Of a stretch of DNA of 64,000 nt, positions 1 through 13,293 are shown piece after piece. Made by a program: the position numbers and the translations under genes. The stretch is taken from contig QPMI01000495.1 of assembly GCA_004431415.1 (NCBI GenBank), positions 188,147 to 252,146 on the forward strand, in the 5' to 3' direction. Under the pieces are notes generated by a model. The model worked only from the letters and a program-made list of their open reading frames with translations, did not search any database and had not been told where the DNA came from. Positions within the stretch are counted from its first letter, which is position 1, and each line of letters begins with the position of its first letter. The DNA comes from Cyanophora paradoxa CCMP329 (lineage: Eukaryota > Plantae > Glaucophyta).

Positions 1-3000
1 AGCGCCCGCATCCCGTCCCGCCGCCCGATCCCCTGCCCTCGGGGTAGGGAGGGGAGGACGGGGCGGGGCGCCCGTGGGCCGCGGGCGAAGAAGAAGAAGA
101 GGAGGGGGGGGGGCGGGGGGAAAGGGCGCACGTCGAGGACCTGGAGGAGGGCGGGGGCGTCGAAGGCCGCCGGGTCCGCCTCCACAGCCCCCGCCACCTC
201 CCTGCGCGCGCGAGGCGCGGCGGTGGGCGGCCCGCGATCGACCCGCATCGACCTGGCGGGCGGGGAAGGACGGGGCACCGTGCGAGGGCCGAGAGGCCGG
301 CGGCGGCGTCCTGGCCGGGGGCCCCCGCCGCCGCCACCAGCTTCACCTGCGCGCCCCGCGCGACCAGCCGGGCGGCTCAGGCGAGCGAGCCCGAGCGAGC
401 GAGCGCGGGGCGGGGCGGGGCGGGGGCGCCTGGGTGCGGAGGGCGTCCAGCTCCTTCTTGACCTCGGGGTCGGGCTGCCGTCCCCGCCCCGGTCACGGTC
501 ATGGTGAGGCCGGCGGGGGCCCACGGGGGGCGCTTGGCGTCCTCGCTTCCCTTCCTATCGCCTCCTAGCCCCGGGCCTCGCACCGGGAGGACGCCGGCCA
601 TGCCCCAGGGGAAGTTCGGGGGCAGCAGGTACGCGTAGTCCCGCAGCTGCCGCTCGAAGGGCGCCGAAGCGTCGTACTGCGCCGGGCTGCACGGGGCGGG
701 GCGTTAGAGAGTGAGCAAACGGGGAACTTGGAGGCGGCCGGGGCGGGGGCCGGGGGCGGGCCAGCAGAGGGCGAGCATGCCGGTGGCGGCCGCCGCCGCC
801 GCCGTGTCCACCCGCTCCCGCTCCTGCCGCCCCGTGAGGAAGGTGTGGGAGGGCGAGGGCGCGGTCGGGGGGTACGCGCCTTGCCGATGTGCCGGCGGAC
901 GACGGCGAGGGCCTGCGGGGGGCGCGCGCGGGGCGGTCAGGCGGGGCGGGGCTGGATGGAGGGCGGGCGGGCGGGCGGGGGCCTGGGCGTAGGCGGCGGC
1001 GAGGTCGCGGGTGTAGAGGGAGGTCTCAGCGAGCCGCTCTTCCAGCGCCGAGGGCGGGAACCTGCGGGCAGGCCCCTCGGCTTCTCTCTCGCGCGGGGGC
1101 CTCTTTCTGTGAGGGGGGCGGACCCGGAGGGGGTGAGGGGGGCGAGGAAGCGGCGGGCGAGGGAGATGCCGACGAGCTCGCCCGCCGTCGACGCCGCCAC
1201 CAGCTGCCCGCCAGCCTCAGCCGCCGGCCCGGGGCGGTGCGGGGCGGGGCGGGGCAGGAGACGCGCCTGGGAGACGGTGCAGCGGCTGAACTCGACTGCG
1301 GTGCAGAGGGGGCGCGGGCGCCTCACGAAGGCCGGCGGAGGGGGAAGGGAGAGGAGGGGGACCGGCGGCGAGGGAGGTGGAGAAGGACTCGGAGTGCTGG
1401 AGGAGCTGGTAGGTGGGCGCCAGCTGCAGGCTGTTCAGCCGCCACGTCCCTGCCCCGCCACCCGCCGTCAGGGGGGGGAAGGAGGGGGGGAAGGAGGGGG
1501 GGGAGGAGGGAAGGGGTAGACCGTCGAGGCCCCCCGTGGCGATGAACTCGCAGTGCACGCGGCTCCAGCTGCCGTCCGGCCGGCGCCCCTCAGACGGGGG
1601 CCGGGGAGCCCCGCAGGGGCGAGAGGGGCGCACCTGAGGCCCGTGGCGGGGCCCAGGTGGCTGTCCAGGCTCGCCGCCGGCTCCGACATCTTCCTGCTCG
1701 GGGGGTACAGCGAGATCGGGGCGGGAGGGATGAAGATCAGGGGAGGAAATGGGGAGTAGGCGGTTCGGCGGGCGACGGGCCGCACCTCGTGTCCCACACG
1801 CGGACCATCCCGCCATCGCCTGGGGATGGGTTTCGAGGGAGGGAGTGGGGAGAGGGAGGGGTGAAGGGGGGCGAGCGAGAGGGGGGGGGGGGTACCTGCG
1901 GACGCGAGCCAGTTCGGGACCAGGGGGCTCCACCTAAGTACGCGTACCCCGAGCTCGTGCGCCGCAGGGAGCTCGGCGACCTGCGGAGGGTACGGCAATG
2001 ACGGGGCGCACGGCGGCCCCGGAGGGGAGGGGGGTACCACGGCCTTCTTCGGATCGCTGGAGGCGAGGCGAGCGTCGAGAAGGCAGAGGCGCCCCCCGGC
2101 GCCCCCCGTCGCGAGCTGCGGGGGGGTAGGGGAAACGGGCGGCCCGCGGGTCGGACTCGGATGCAGGGGTACCGAAATCCGGGGGCTGGCGGTGGGGTAC
2201 GGTACCTGATTCACAGAGTGGGGAGACCAATCAATGCAGCGGACGGGCCCGGGAAGGAGCTGCGGCGGAGGGAGGAGTGAGATGGGGGTACAGCGGCGCG
2301 GGGGGGGGGGAGGGGGAGGGGACCTCGAAGGCGCTGAGGGGCGTCGAGCGCTCCGCGCTCCATCTGTGGGCAGGGAGGGGTACAAATGAGGCGGGATCGG
2401 ATTACCAAGAACGGGGGGGGGGAGGGGGGAAGGGATCGCACAGGAAGCAGAAAGGGCCCACGCTCGTTGCGAAGCGGGCGTCATCGGTCGGGTGCAGCGC
2501 GGAGGCGCGCACGCGCGGCGAGGGCGCGAAGTTCTGCGGGGGTACGCGAGTCGGCCGGGGCGGGGGCGGAGCGGGGGGGGGTACGGGCGCGCCTGGGCGC
2601 CGTGGTGCGAGGCGGCGTGCTCGGGGTGCGCGAAGCTGGCGGCCGGCGTCGGGTCGAAGGGGCGCGCCGGGTCGAACCTGTAGACGTGCGCGAGCGAGTC
2701 GTCGCAGCCGAGCAGGAGCGACGGGCCCGAGAAGGCAACGCTCTGGGCGCGCCCGGACGGCGTCTTCGCGCTCGCCAGCTCCGAGAACGACACGGCCGTC
2801 GGCTTCTTCGACTCCTTGCCGCTGCCGGCGACCGAGAGGAGCGCGATGCGCTCGTATCCCGCCACCGCAACCGTGTCGCTGCCGCTGTGCACTGCGAGGC
2901 ATGTGATCCGCGGGATGGGGCGGACCTGCGCGGGCAAACCGCGTTCACCGCCAGCGTACGAGCGCCGACAGTACTGCGGCCGGGGATGGCAGCGCGAGGT

Positions 3001-3142
3001 GCGGCGTACGCACCGGCTGCGAGACGGCCACGTGCGGCGAAAACTGCTTGGCGCGCAACGCAATGGGCGAGCGCCAGGCCGCGCAAGCATCGGCGTCGCC
3101 GGCTGCAGCTGCCGGCGCGGGCGGGCCAACAGCTGCAGCCAT
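1..3142 (-). CDS. WD40-repeat protein, multi-exon; 3' end probably outside the window
   Basis: ATG at 3142 (MAAAVGPP...). Exons read RITCLAVHSGSDTVAVAG, PVRCIDWSPHSVNQ/LATGGAGGRLCLLDAR, HELGVRVLRWSPLVPNWLASAG and SHLGPATGL/WSRVHCEFIATGGLDG, which are typical WD40 blades, separated by short GT/GC-AG introns. Confidence 0.8.
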
Positions 3143-3419
3143 CTTGACCGCCCTCGGTCGGCGTCTACAATTGCCGCGGACGCGACTGCACAGCTTGTAG
3201 ACTCTCGCTAAGCTCGCAGCTGCCGCTCTCGCTTGTCTATTGGTGCGATGGACCGCCCTCGGCGCCCGCTCACTCTCGAGCCCGCGCACAGCTATTGTAA
3301 ATAGCTCGCTGATCGCTTTCGCTCTCGCTCACGCTCTCTAGCTGATCGACGCGCACCAGCCGTGCCCCGTACCCCCCCGCCCCCCCTCCCCCTCCAGTGA
3401 TCGACAGCAGCAAGTCGAA

Positions 3420-6097
3420 ATGCGTTCGCTGCTGGCGCTTCTGGCGCTCTGCGCCGCGTGCGCATGCGCTCAGGAGCAGCAGTCGAAAGGCTCGGGGCAC
3501 CAGCCTGTCATCTTGATTCCAGGTTCGCTTCGATCTTTTCCTATTAGCGCCGCCTTGAGGCTTCGCTCTCACAGAGTCCCGTGCCAGGCGTCGAGGGCAG
3601 GTCGGTTTCTCCATTTTCCGGCGGTGTTCGCTGAGCCTGGGCATGGCCAGCGCACCGTGCGAGCTTCAACGCATGTGATCGAGCTCATTTCTCGTGCAGC
3701 GTCCTTGATCAAGTCAACGGAGACCGCGTGCAAGTGTGGCTCCCCTCCGCCGAGATCCTGGATGTGCGATGCTGCTGCATCTGCTGCTGCTGCTGCTGCC
3801 GACACGCCGCGCATGCGCAGAATGGAACGGCGGGCACTTTCGCCGCCCTCCGGGACCCGTGGCAGCGCATCTGTGCGCCGATCGATATCGCGAGCTCGAG
3901 CTCGCGCTCGAGACCGCCCAATCGATCACACGCGTACGCTCGCACAGCGGAGGCGTTGGTGAACTCACTGTATCTGCGATACGACCCGGCCTCGAACACC
4001 CTGAGCGAGGTCTCCGGCAAGCGCGTCGAGCCGCCCCAGGCGCGCCCCCGACGTCGGCGCCCTGCGTTCGCTTGCAATTGCGTCACTTGCGTTCGCGCAG
4101 GCGGACAGCGGCCTGTTCGCGATCGGCAACTTGGTGGGGAATTCGACGGCGCTGAAGGCGCTGGGCCTCGAGGCGAACCAGAAGTACTTCCAGGACCTGA
4201 TCAAATTTCTGCGGGACGAGATGGGATACCGCCCGGGGGCCGACCTCTGGGGCTACCCCGCGCGCCCCGGAGCTCGCGCGCGCGCGACGCCCTTCCGTGC
4301 GGCCGCTCACGCGCCTTTTCCGCGCGTGCGCAGTACGACTGGCGGACGAGCAACGGGCTCCCGGCGAAGGTGGAGGGCCTGCACCGCCTCGTGCGGCAGG
4401 CGCGCGGCGCGGCGGGGCGCCCGGTCACCCTCCTCGTCCACTCCATGGGCGGCCTCCTCACCCTCAGCGTGCGCCCGCCCGCCCGCCGAGCCTTCGGACT
4501 CGAAGCGCGAGCTCGAGCTTGCGGGCAGTACTTCACGAGCCACCCGGAGGCTGTCGACGAGCTCGTCCGCCAGGTGCCGCCTGCAGCTGCCTGCGCCGCT
4601 CTCGCGCGCGCCCTCCGGGCCCGAGCCTCCTGCGGCCCGCCCCGCCGCTCCGCTCAGGTTATCTTCGTCGGCACACCCTTCCTCGGCGCCCCGTGCGGCC
4701 CCGCCCGCCCGCCCCGCCCCGCCCCCGCCCCCGCCCCCGCCCCCGCCGCCCCCGAGAGGCAGCGCAGCGGCCGCACCTTCGAGGCGATGACCTCGGGCGC
4801 GTCGCGGGGCCCCGCACCCGCCCCAGCCCCCAGCCCTCGGGCGGACGCCGGCTCATTGTTCACGGGCCGGGGCCGGCGCCGCCGGCGGCAGGGACGGACA
4901 TCACGGGCCAGGACCTCTTCCTCCAGAAGATCCTCCCCGTCGTCCGGTGCCTCCCCGCCCCGCCCCGCCCCGCCCCGCCCCGCCCAGCTCTCCCGCGCCC
5001 TGCCGCTGACCTGGAGGGGCCCGCAGGAACTTCGTGTACACGTCGCCGGCCTTCTACGAGCTGCTGCCGCGGCCGGGGCCCTGGCCGGGGGACGGCGGCC
5101 CGCCCTCCGTCGTCGTGAACGTCAACGGGCAGAACCAGACCTTCGCCGGCGCAGACGCCGCCTTCGGGGCCCTCGCCCGGGTCCGAGCCCTCCCCCCCGT
5201 CCAGGATCCGGGAGCCGGGGAGCCCGAGCGCTCACGGACGCTCGCGCCCGCGCTCCCGCGCAGGCGGCGCAGGGCAACACGTTCACGATCCAGGGCCAGC
5301 AAGTCCCGTGGCCGCTGTACCCCCAGCTCCGCTCGCAGGCCGACGCCGACGTCGCGGTGCCCGCGCCCCCGCCCGAGCCGGCCCTCGCCGGCCCGTGCTC
5401 CGGCCGGCCGCCCGCGACGCCGGCCGCGCAGCGCTGGCTCCGCGCGCCCCTCCCCGCGGAGATCTACACCGTCGTCGGGACCGGCAAACGCACCAAGTAG
5501 CCGCCGGCCGCCGGCCGCCGGGCCCGGCCACCGCGCGCGCGCTCGCCGAGGCGGGCCGCACGCAGGTACAACGCGACGTGGGACAACGTGCAGAGGCTGA
5601 GCGACATCATCGGGAAGGCGGGGAACTTCGAGGAAGTGGACGGGGACGTGCGCATGCGCCCCCGAGCTCGAGCTCGAGCCGCGGCCGCGCGCCCCGCCCG
5701 CTCCGGATCCGATGCGCCGTTCGCAGGAGACGGTGCCGCTGGTGTCCGCCGCGGCGCTCGACGGCCGCGCGCGGGAGAGCGTTCGCGTGAACGCGAACCA
5801 CGACGGTGCGCGTGTGCATGCGCGTCCGGATCGCGGTCCGGCGTCGACGCCGATCCCGCGCGCGGGGGCGCAGACCTCCTCGCGGCGCGGGACTCCTTCG
5901 ACGCCTTCCGCAAATGGCTCACGACCCCGCCGCCGGCGCCGCCCGCGGCCGCCGGCATGCCGCCCGCAGCCCCGCCGCCCGCCCCGCCCTCGCCCCGGCC
6001 CCGGCCCCGGCCCCGGCCCCGGCCCGGCCTAGCTAGGTCTTTCGGTGGAGGAGTGCCGACGCGGGAGCGGGCGCCCCCGCCTGCGCCGGCCATTTGA
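3420..6097 (+). CDS. Secreted LCAT/phospholipase A-family alpha/beta hydrolase, multi-exon; 3' end approximate
   Basis: Signal peptide MRSLLALLALCAACACAQ. Motifs PVILIPG, spliced LWGYP|YDWR, VTLLVHSMGGLL (catalytic Ser about 4441), IFVGTPFLGAP, spliced DGD|ETVPLVSA (Asp) and ANHD (His). Confidence 0.88.
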
Positions 6098-6556
6098 ATT
6101 TGCTCAGCGCTGCCGGCCATGCGCATGCGCGCATGGGGCGCGCGCGTACGTGCACCCTTAAGCTTCTCAGCCGCTATGTGCACACGCGTACGGTCCCCGC
6201 CCCTGTCTATAGCTATCTCGTCTCTCTCTTTCTCGGTACATGTACATCTTCTCCTCGTCCGGATCCGGCTGGCGCTAGCGCTGTGGCCGGCGCCGCGGTC
6301 GCGGCGCCCCGGCCGCGCGCGGCCGCGCCGCCGGCGCCGCTAGCGCTGGATCCGGACTGCCCCGCAGCGCCGGCCCTTGTGTCGACTCGGCGCACTCTGT
6401 CACAGTGTAATATACTGTTAATCTCGAGCAATTGCAATCGATATGATCGATATCACGAGCACGAACTCCGAAGGCCCTGCTGCAGGGCCATGCATGCACA
6501 ATGCAGGCGTACCCCCGCGTAGTAAGCCCTCTCTTGCAGCGGGAGGAATTTCGACG

Positions 6557-9021
6557 ATGCGGAGCAGCGGGGGTGCTGCTTTCCAGGTGCTGGGGTGGAG
6601 GCCGTCGCGCAGAGGTTCGCCGCCTCGCGCCTCGGCACGCGCGTCGGACGATCGCTTCCCGCAGGGCCCACTGCGGTCGTGTCGCTCGATGCGGCAGCAC
6701 GAAACACGTGTGAGCTGGCCCGTACGCGGCGTGAGCGGCTTCCAATCTCGCTGGGATCGGCGTGGACCGGCGCGGGTCGCGGCGCGCTTCGAGCTTGCCG
6801 GTCGGCGTGCAGCGCGGCGGCGGAGACGAGCGCAACCGCACGTAACAGCAAAGTGCAGCCCACAACAGCGTCCGCGTTGCCGGGAGGCGGCGGGGAAGGC
6901 CGCAAGGTCGTCGTGGTAGGCGGCGGCGCGGCGGGCTTCTTCGCAGCCATACGGGCGGCGGAGCTGCGTGGCGACTACGGAGTGACGATCCTTGAGGCCG
7001 GGCCTGAGGTGCTGTGTGAGCGCTGCCCGCTTCCAGCGCGCCGCCCACCGCCCCCTATCTCTGCCCGCTGACGCCCTGCCCGACCGCAGGGAAAGTGCGG
7101 ATCTCAGGCGCGCCCGCCCGCGGTGTTCCGGGCGCTGGCCGTTCCCCGCCCGACGCTCCGCTTGCGCAGGCGGGGGCCGCTGCAACGTGACGCACGCGTG
7201 CTTCGAGCCGGCGCGGCTCGTGGAGGCGTACCCCCGCGGGGGCCGCGAGCTCCGCGGGCCCTTCTCCCGCTTCCAGCCGAGGTCCGTACCCCCCTCGACC
7301 TCTTCCCCCTCGCCCTCTCGCCCGCTCGAGCCGCCGGGCAGGGACACGGTCGAGTGGTTCGAATCCCGCGGGGTCAAGTTGAAGGCGGAGGCCGACGGGC
7401 GCATGTTCCCAACCACGGACGACTCGGTGCGCGCCGTCCCCCCCTCCGAGCCCCCCTCCCCGCCTAAGTCCCCCTCAGGGTACGATTGCGGGCTGCCTCG
7501 AGCGGGCCGCCTCCCGCGCCGGCGTGCGCGTCCTCACGCGTACCCCTGTATCATCCGTCGCCCGCCGGTGCGGTAAACTCCGTCGCCTAGGGTCCTCCTC
7601 GTTATTCGTACCCCCGACGCGGGGCGCAGGGACGACGGAGGCTTTTCCGTGCGGCCGAAGCGCGGCGATCCGATCGATTGCGACCTCCTCATGCTCGCGA
7701 CGGGCTCCAGCCCCCCCGTCCGCGCCCGCCCCCGCACCCCGCCCCTTCCCCGCCCTCCCCGACGCGATGGGCGCAGGGGTACCGGTTCGCCGAGTCGCTG
7801 GGGCACACGATCGTACCCCCCGTGCCCTCCCTCTTCACCTTCAAGGTCAGCCTCGCCATCCCCTCCGCCCCCGCCGGCGCGCTGGAGGAGGGCGCGGGGG
7901 CAGGTCAAGGACGCCCGCATCGAGGGGCTGGCCGGCCTCTCAGTCCCCGCGGCCCGCCTCTCCCTGGCCCCCGAGGGGGGCCCCTCCAAGCGCCCGCCCC
8001 CCGGCCTCTCCCAGGCCGGGCCCCTCCTCATCACCCACTGGGCGCGTACCCCCCGCCCGCCCGCCCCGTACCTGTCTCTGAGAGGGGCGGCAGGGGCTCT
8101 CGGGCCCCGCGGTCCTCCGCTGCAGCGCCTGGGGCGCCCGCGCGCTGGCGGAGTCGGGGTACCGCGCCAGGCGAGCCCCGGGCCTCCCTCCTCCCCCCTT
8201 CCCCCCCTCCCACCCACCTCCGGTCTGAGGGGGGTACAGGCTCACGGTAGACTGGGTGGGGGACCGCGCCGCCCTGGACGACGTCGCACGGTTCCTCGCG
8301 CAGGCGCGCGCCCTGTGCCCCCCTCGCGGCGCCGCTCACGTACCCCGCGGCAGGCGAGGCAGCTGTCGCCGAAGAAGGCGGTGCGGTCGTTCTGCCCGGG
8401 GCCGCTGGAGCTGCCGCAGCGCCTCTGGGCGCGGCTCTGCGACGCGGCGGGGGCGGCCGAGGGCGCAACGTGGGCCCAGCTGCCGGGGCCTGTGCAGGCG
8501 GCCCTCGCCTCGCAGGTCAAGGCGGTGCGCGCGCGCCCTCCGCCCGCGTTGTCCCCGCGCCCCTCACGGCCCCCGCGCGCCCCACGCGCAGAGCGTCTTC
8601 GAGGTGGCTGGGAAGGGCGAGTTCAAGGACGAGTGCGACCGTACCCCCGCCCGCCTCGCCCCGTACCCCCACCGACGCCCGCGCAGGTTCGTCACTGCGG
8701 GGGGTATCGCGCTGGGCGAGGTGGATCTGCGGAGGTGCACCGTGCACGTGTCCCAAAACCATACCCCTTCCCTCCCGCGCCGAAGGGGCCCGGGCGCAGG
8801 TTCGAGTCCAAGCGAAGCCCGGGCCTCTTTGCGGCCGGCGAGCTCCTCGACATCGACGGCGTGACGGCACGTACCCTCCCTCTGTTTTCATCCCCTTCCT
8901 CATCTTGAACCCGTACCCCCAGGGCGGCTTCAACTTCCAGAGCGCGTGGACGGGGGGCTTCCTGGCGGGTACGGCGATGGCCGAGTACGACTTCGCCGCT
9001 CGGGGGGCGGCGGGGGCGTAG
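6557..9021 (+). CDS. HI0933/BaiN-family NAD(P)/FAD-dependent oxidoreductase with N-terminal targeting extension; 14 introns in the conserved part
   Basis: Spliced reading gives [83 protein letters not shown] and [22 protein letters not shown]. Stop TAG at 9021. The start codon is tentative. Confidence 0.93.
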
Positions 9022-10250
9022 CCGCCGGGGTTCGCGGCGCGCTGGGCCTCGCGGCCGGCTTGGCACAGCTACACCTAGCTTGGCACAAGATTGGCGCAGA
9101 TGGTGGGACGAGTATAGTACGGCCGGTGGCGAAGAAGCGCTAGCGCTAGCGGGTACGTAGCAGCTCTCTCTGGAGCCTCGAGGCCAAGCTTGAGGACGAG
9201 CTCGAGCTCGAGGGCGGGGTCGCGATCGGGATCCGGAGGAGCGGCTTCGAATTCGAGATCTGGGAACGTCGATAGCTCCGCCCGGGCCCTGCAGCTGAAC
9301 TCTAGATCTGCATATGCATGCGCATGCCGCGAGAGCGCGCGGCGGACCGCGCCGTACGCATGCGCAGCGGCCGCGACGCGAGCGGCGGACCGTACGCGTA
9401 CCGTACCTATAGCAGTGGTGGCATTGTGGCAAGCATGCGCATTGCAATTCTGTGGCAGCAGTTTGGCTGGCCACAGGCCTAGGGGTACGCCTCGCTATTG
9501 GGATACACGAGATCGCGGCTCCGTAGGAGCGACCTGCAGCTGCCGCGCTCAGCAGAGCTGTCCGGGATCCATGATCTGAGTAACATCGGGTCGCGGGGGA
9601 GCGCGCTCGCGTCGGCGCGGGGAAGCTCGCGGCGCGGATCGGCGCGGAGGACGCGCTTGGAAGATCAAAGGTGCACGTGCGCGAGCGGCGCCTTCGCATC
9701 GTTCCGTATTCGTAGCTTCGCGCCTCCGCCCGCCTCACCCGCCCATGTTGCAATTGCGCAGGTGCAGGCTCGTGTGTCGACAATGCGGCGCGCAGTGCGT
9801 CTGCGCGATGGTTCGGAAGTGCTGAACATGGCACTCGAGCTCATGGGAGTCGGTCAATTCGGTGGACGGGCGCTGGCTTCCCGCCGCGGCCGCGCGTTCA
9901 AATTCGCCGCAGTCGCGGCCGACCGCGGCCGCACGCGCAGCGCCGCAGCTGCGCAAGCAGCCGCAGCGCTCGATGCGCCGGTAGCTGCAGTCCGCCTCGA
10001 GCTCGCGGCTACGGCCGGCGCCGGCGTTGTTAACGTTGATGCTCTTCAGCTGCAGCTGCAGCGATCCGAGCCGCGCGCCCTAGCTGTAGGCCTGAACGTG
10101 CGCGCTTCAGCGAGCAAGCAGCCGGCGCCGCGCGGACGCGGCCTGCGTAGCGAAGTGAAGAATTGCGAGGTCCGATGCGGGGTCTCCAGGTCGAGCCTGC
10201 AGCTGTTCAGTGCATCGCCAGCTATCCCGCGGCCGCGGCCATCTGTGCAC

Positions 10251-13127
10251 ATGGCTTCGACCACGTTAACATTCAGTTTTCGGCGAGCTGCGTCGTCGAT
10301 ATCGACGCCAGCGGCCGCGGCCGGCGCGGCGTCGGCGGCCGGCGCGGCGTCGGAGCCTCGTTCACGACACCGATCTAGATCTCCTGCAGCGTCAGCGCCA
10401 GCGGAGAAACGAAGCGAGGGGCGGTACGCTCCTCGGCGGGCGTCAGCGGATGGCGCAGGGCGCAGCAGAGGCGGCCAGAGCGTGCGAAAGGAGCACGCAG
10501 GGGAGGATCCGGAGTCGCGCTCGCTGCGGCCGCGGGGGAGGAGCGCGCCGCCCGCGGGGCTGAGCGAGAGTGCTAGTAGGCGGCCGTCGCCTTTCACAGT
10601 CAAAGGACTCTTCCTTCTCAACCGGCCGGAGGAGGCCGTGCAGATGTTCGAGGAGGCGGTCAGGAGGGGGACGGCGGTGGCGACCCGGCTGACAGACCTG
10701 CTCAAGGGCCTGTGCGAGGCCCGGAAAGTGGACGTGGCGCGCAAGTACTTCGACCGGGCCTCGTCGCGGGAGCCGGGGTACCCACCGATGGACGAGTTTC
10801 TCTACTCGGCAATGGGTATCTTTGACAGTGGGAGTCAACGCCGAAGTTGGGTCCGCCCCCGCTGAAACGCGCGCCCGCAGTTGATGGCTATCTGGGCGCC
10901 TCAAGGTCCGGAGACGCGTGGGAGTTGGTCCAGCGAATGCTGGCCGATTTTGAAGGGCGCATGAGCACGGCGATGTACAGCGTGGCGGTCTGCGCCTGTC
11001 GCGACCTCGCCTCCGACCGATACTGGCAAGTCTTCGTCGGCATCGTCCTCTACATTAAATTTTTCCCTCTATCCGCTCGCTCCTAAACGTTTCCATCGAT
11101 CCCAGCCAGGAGGCACTTCGGTCGAAATGCGTCGCCCTGGCGGAACGGCTCGTCAACGATGCCCTCCAGAGCAAACGGGCTGCCACCACAGTGATTCAGC
11201 CGCTGGTGAGTGCGCGAGTGATCTTGCCTTGCAGCGCTAGCGTTTTCTCAGCTCGGCGCACAGTTGCAACTATACGCCCACTTCGGCCGTTTCGAAGACG
11301 CGAGCACCCTGCTTCGGCGATGCGAAGAGGCCCACATTCCCCTGGATGTTTCTTGCTTCAGTGTCCTCATCAGCGAGTGCGCGGACCGCCGCGAATGGCA
11401 TCGCGGAAAAGTCTTCTGGCAACTGCTGCAGCGGTCTAAGCTTCACGTCGGAATCATCCCTTGGAGTGTGTCTCTGACGCCGTCGCAATATTTGTCCCGC
11501 AATATTCGTCCCGTAGGCGACTCTATATCTGACGCATCTGCCATCTGCAGACTCGTACCTCAAGCTGTGCCTGTCGTGCCCCAGGGAGTCGATGGACGAG
11601 CTCCGATCAAAGCTCATCGAAGCCGGACTGCCAGTCAGTGTGGACGGGGTAGTGCGGTTGCTGCAGCGGGGCATGCAGAGCGCAGGCATCGAGTTCGACT
11701 GCATCTCCTTTTCGACTGTCGTGCGTGAGATTAGTCCAACGGCCGTGGCTTGTCGTTTGTAACGGTTGGTCCGCTTCGTGGCTTAACTTCAGGTGCACCA
11801 TTTCGCTGTCACGGGGCAGATGGATCAGGCCACGAAGTGGTTGCAGGCTACGCGGAAGGCGGGCCAGACGGATTTGGGTACGTACGGCGCGTTCCTGAAG
11901 CCAATCGGTTCGTGAGATGCCCAGAACTGTGAAGTGCATGTGAACGTTCACATGTTTTATAGCTAGTGACGCTTTTGCTGAACGCCTGCCGTAGCGAGAG
12001 CAGCCGCGCCGGACTTGGCTATTATACAGCACGCTCTGGACATGATGCGCGCGGACGGCCTGGATCCGGAATCCGATCTGCCGTTCGTCTGTCTGCTTAT
12101 ACAGGTGGCCATCTATGTCTACGCGGACGAGTCGTCTAGGGACTCATGATCAGCACTCTAACCTTGGCCGTGCGTGCAGGAGTACAGCAGAGCGCGCAGG
12201 CACGACAAGGCACAGGGGATTATCGACAGGCTTCTGGAGGCATCCTCGAATGGGGAGCGGCTGCTCAATCGTCAGACTCTCTCTTCAATCCTGGGTCCGT
12301 GTTCGGTACTATAGCTAGTACAGTACTCGGCTCTCCTTTGAGCTTGAAATAAGTGTCTAATATCGATAGAGCGACAGACTCGTTCGGGTGGCTGGGCGGC
12401 CAGGAGGGCGTCAACAAAATTCACGCGCTGCTGCGGGCACTGCGAGACGGAAAGCACGGCGGGCTGCGCAACCTGAACGCGAACGTCGTCTGCAGCACCG
12501 CCGAAGTGCGCCGAGCTCGACTTCGCATTAATGTTGGATCGTATCCACGTCGCGGCGTTTGACTTGTGCGGCACAGGCGCTCTCGCGGTGCAAAGAGGTC
12601 GACATGCCATTCGAGACAGCGCGGGCGCTGCTTGGGGAGCTGGGGCTGCGCGCCACGTCCAAGGTGCCCCACATACAAATCGTCGATTCCGCGGCCAAGT
12701 TCCGTCTGCTGAAATTCGGTCCCGCTGCAGATTTTAACGACATTGGCGCACGGCTACTTCGCCAGCGGCCGCGTTGTTCAGGCCGTGCGTCGCGTGGAAG
12801 AGCTACTCGAAGACCCGAAGCTGCGCCCCTCCGAAACTCTTGACGAGAAGTTCTGGGTTCGCGATCGCCACTCCTTTTAATCCTAGAACTGCAGATTTCA
12901 GCAGCCTCTCTAACGCCCTCGATCCAGGATGTGATGTGTGGGCGCGTCGCGAGCTGGCAGGGGGAAGAAGGCAGCAGAGGCCACAGGGACAAGCTGGAGG
13001 CGGCGCGGGTGCTGGCGGCGCTGCTGGATCGACACCCGCACGCGGTCGTGAAGTACACAGAGACGATTCGCGCGCTTGCGGCAACTGCAGAGGCGAACTA
13101 GAGCGCCTTGTATACGTCGTAGCCTAG
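10251..13127 (+). CDS. Pentatricopeptide-repeat (PPR) protein, probably organelle-targeted, multi-exon
   Basis: Ser/Arg/Ala-rich N-terminus (MASTTLTFSFRRAASS). PPR-like units include LLKGLCEARKVDVARKYFD, FLYSAM|DGYLGASRSGDAWELVQRM, LYAHFGRFEDASTLLRRCEEAHIPLDVSCFSVLISEC and LLQRGMQSAGIEFDCISFSTV. The 3' end is approximate. Confidence 0.75.
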
Positions 13128-13293
13128 TGCCTTGCGCCGCGAACCGTCAACAAAATACGTAGTCCGTGGCCATCGTTTAAATTAATGCAGTGCCCAGGCT
13201 AATCCCTCGAATCCGCACGTACACCCGGGTCATGTGCATGATCATAGCGCAAATCACAGCGGATTCACAGCTACTACTAATACTACCACCACG

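Noticed and set aside
9130-10240. Long ORF (9498-10865) and palindrome-rich DNA upstream of the PPR gene
   Set aside because: There is no recognisable domain or exon pattern. It is best read as intergenic/promoter DNA in frame with the first PPR exon by chance.
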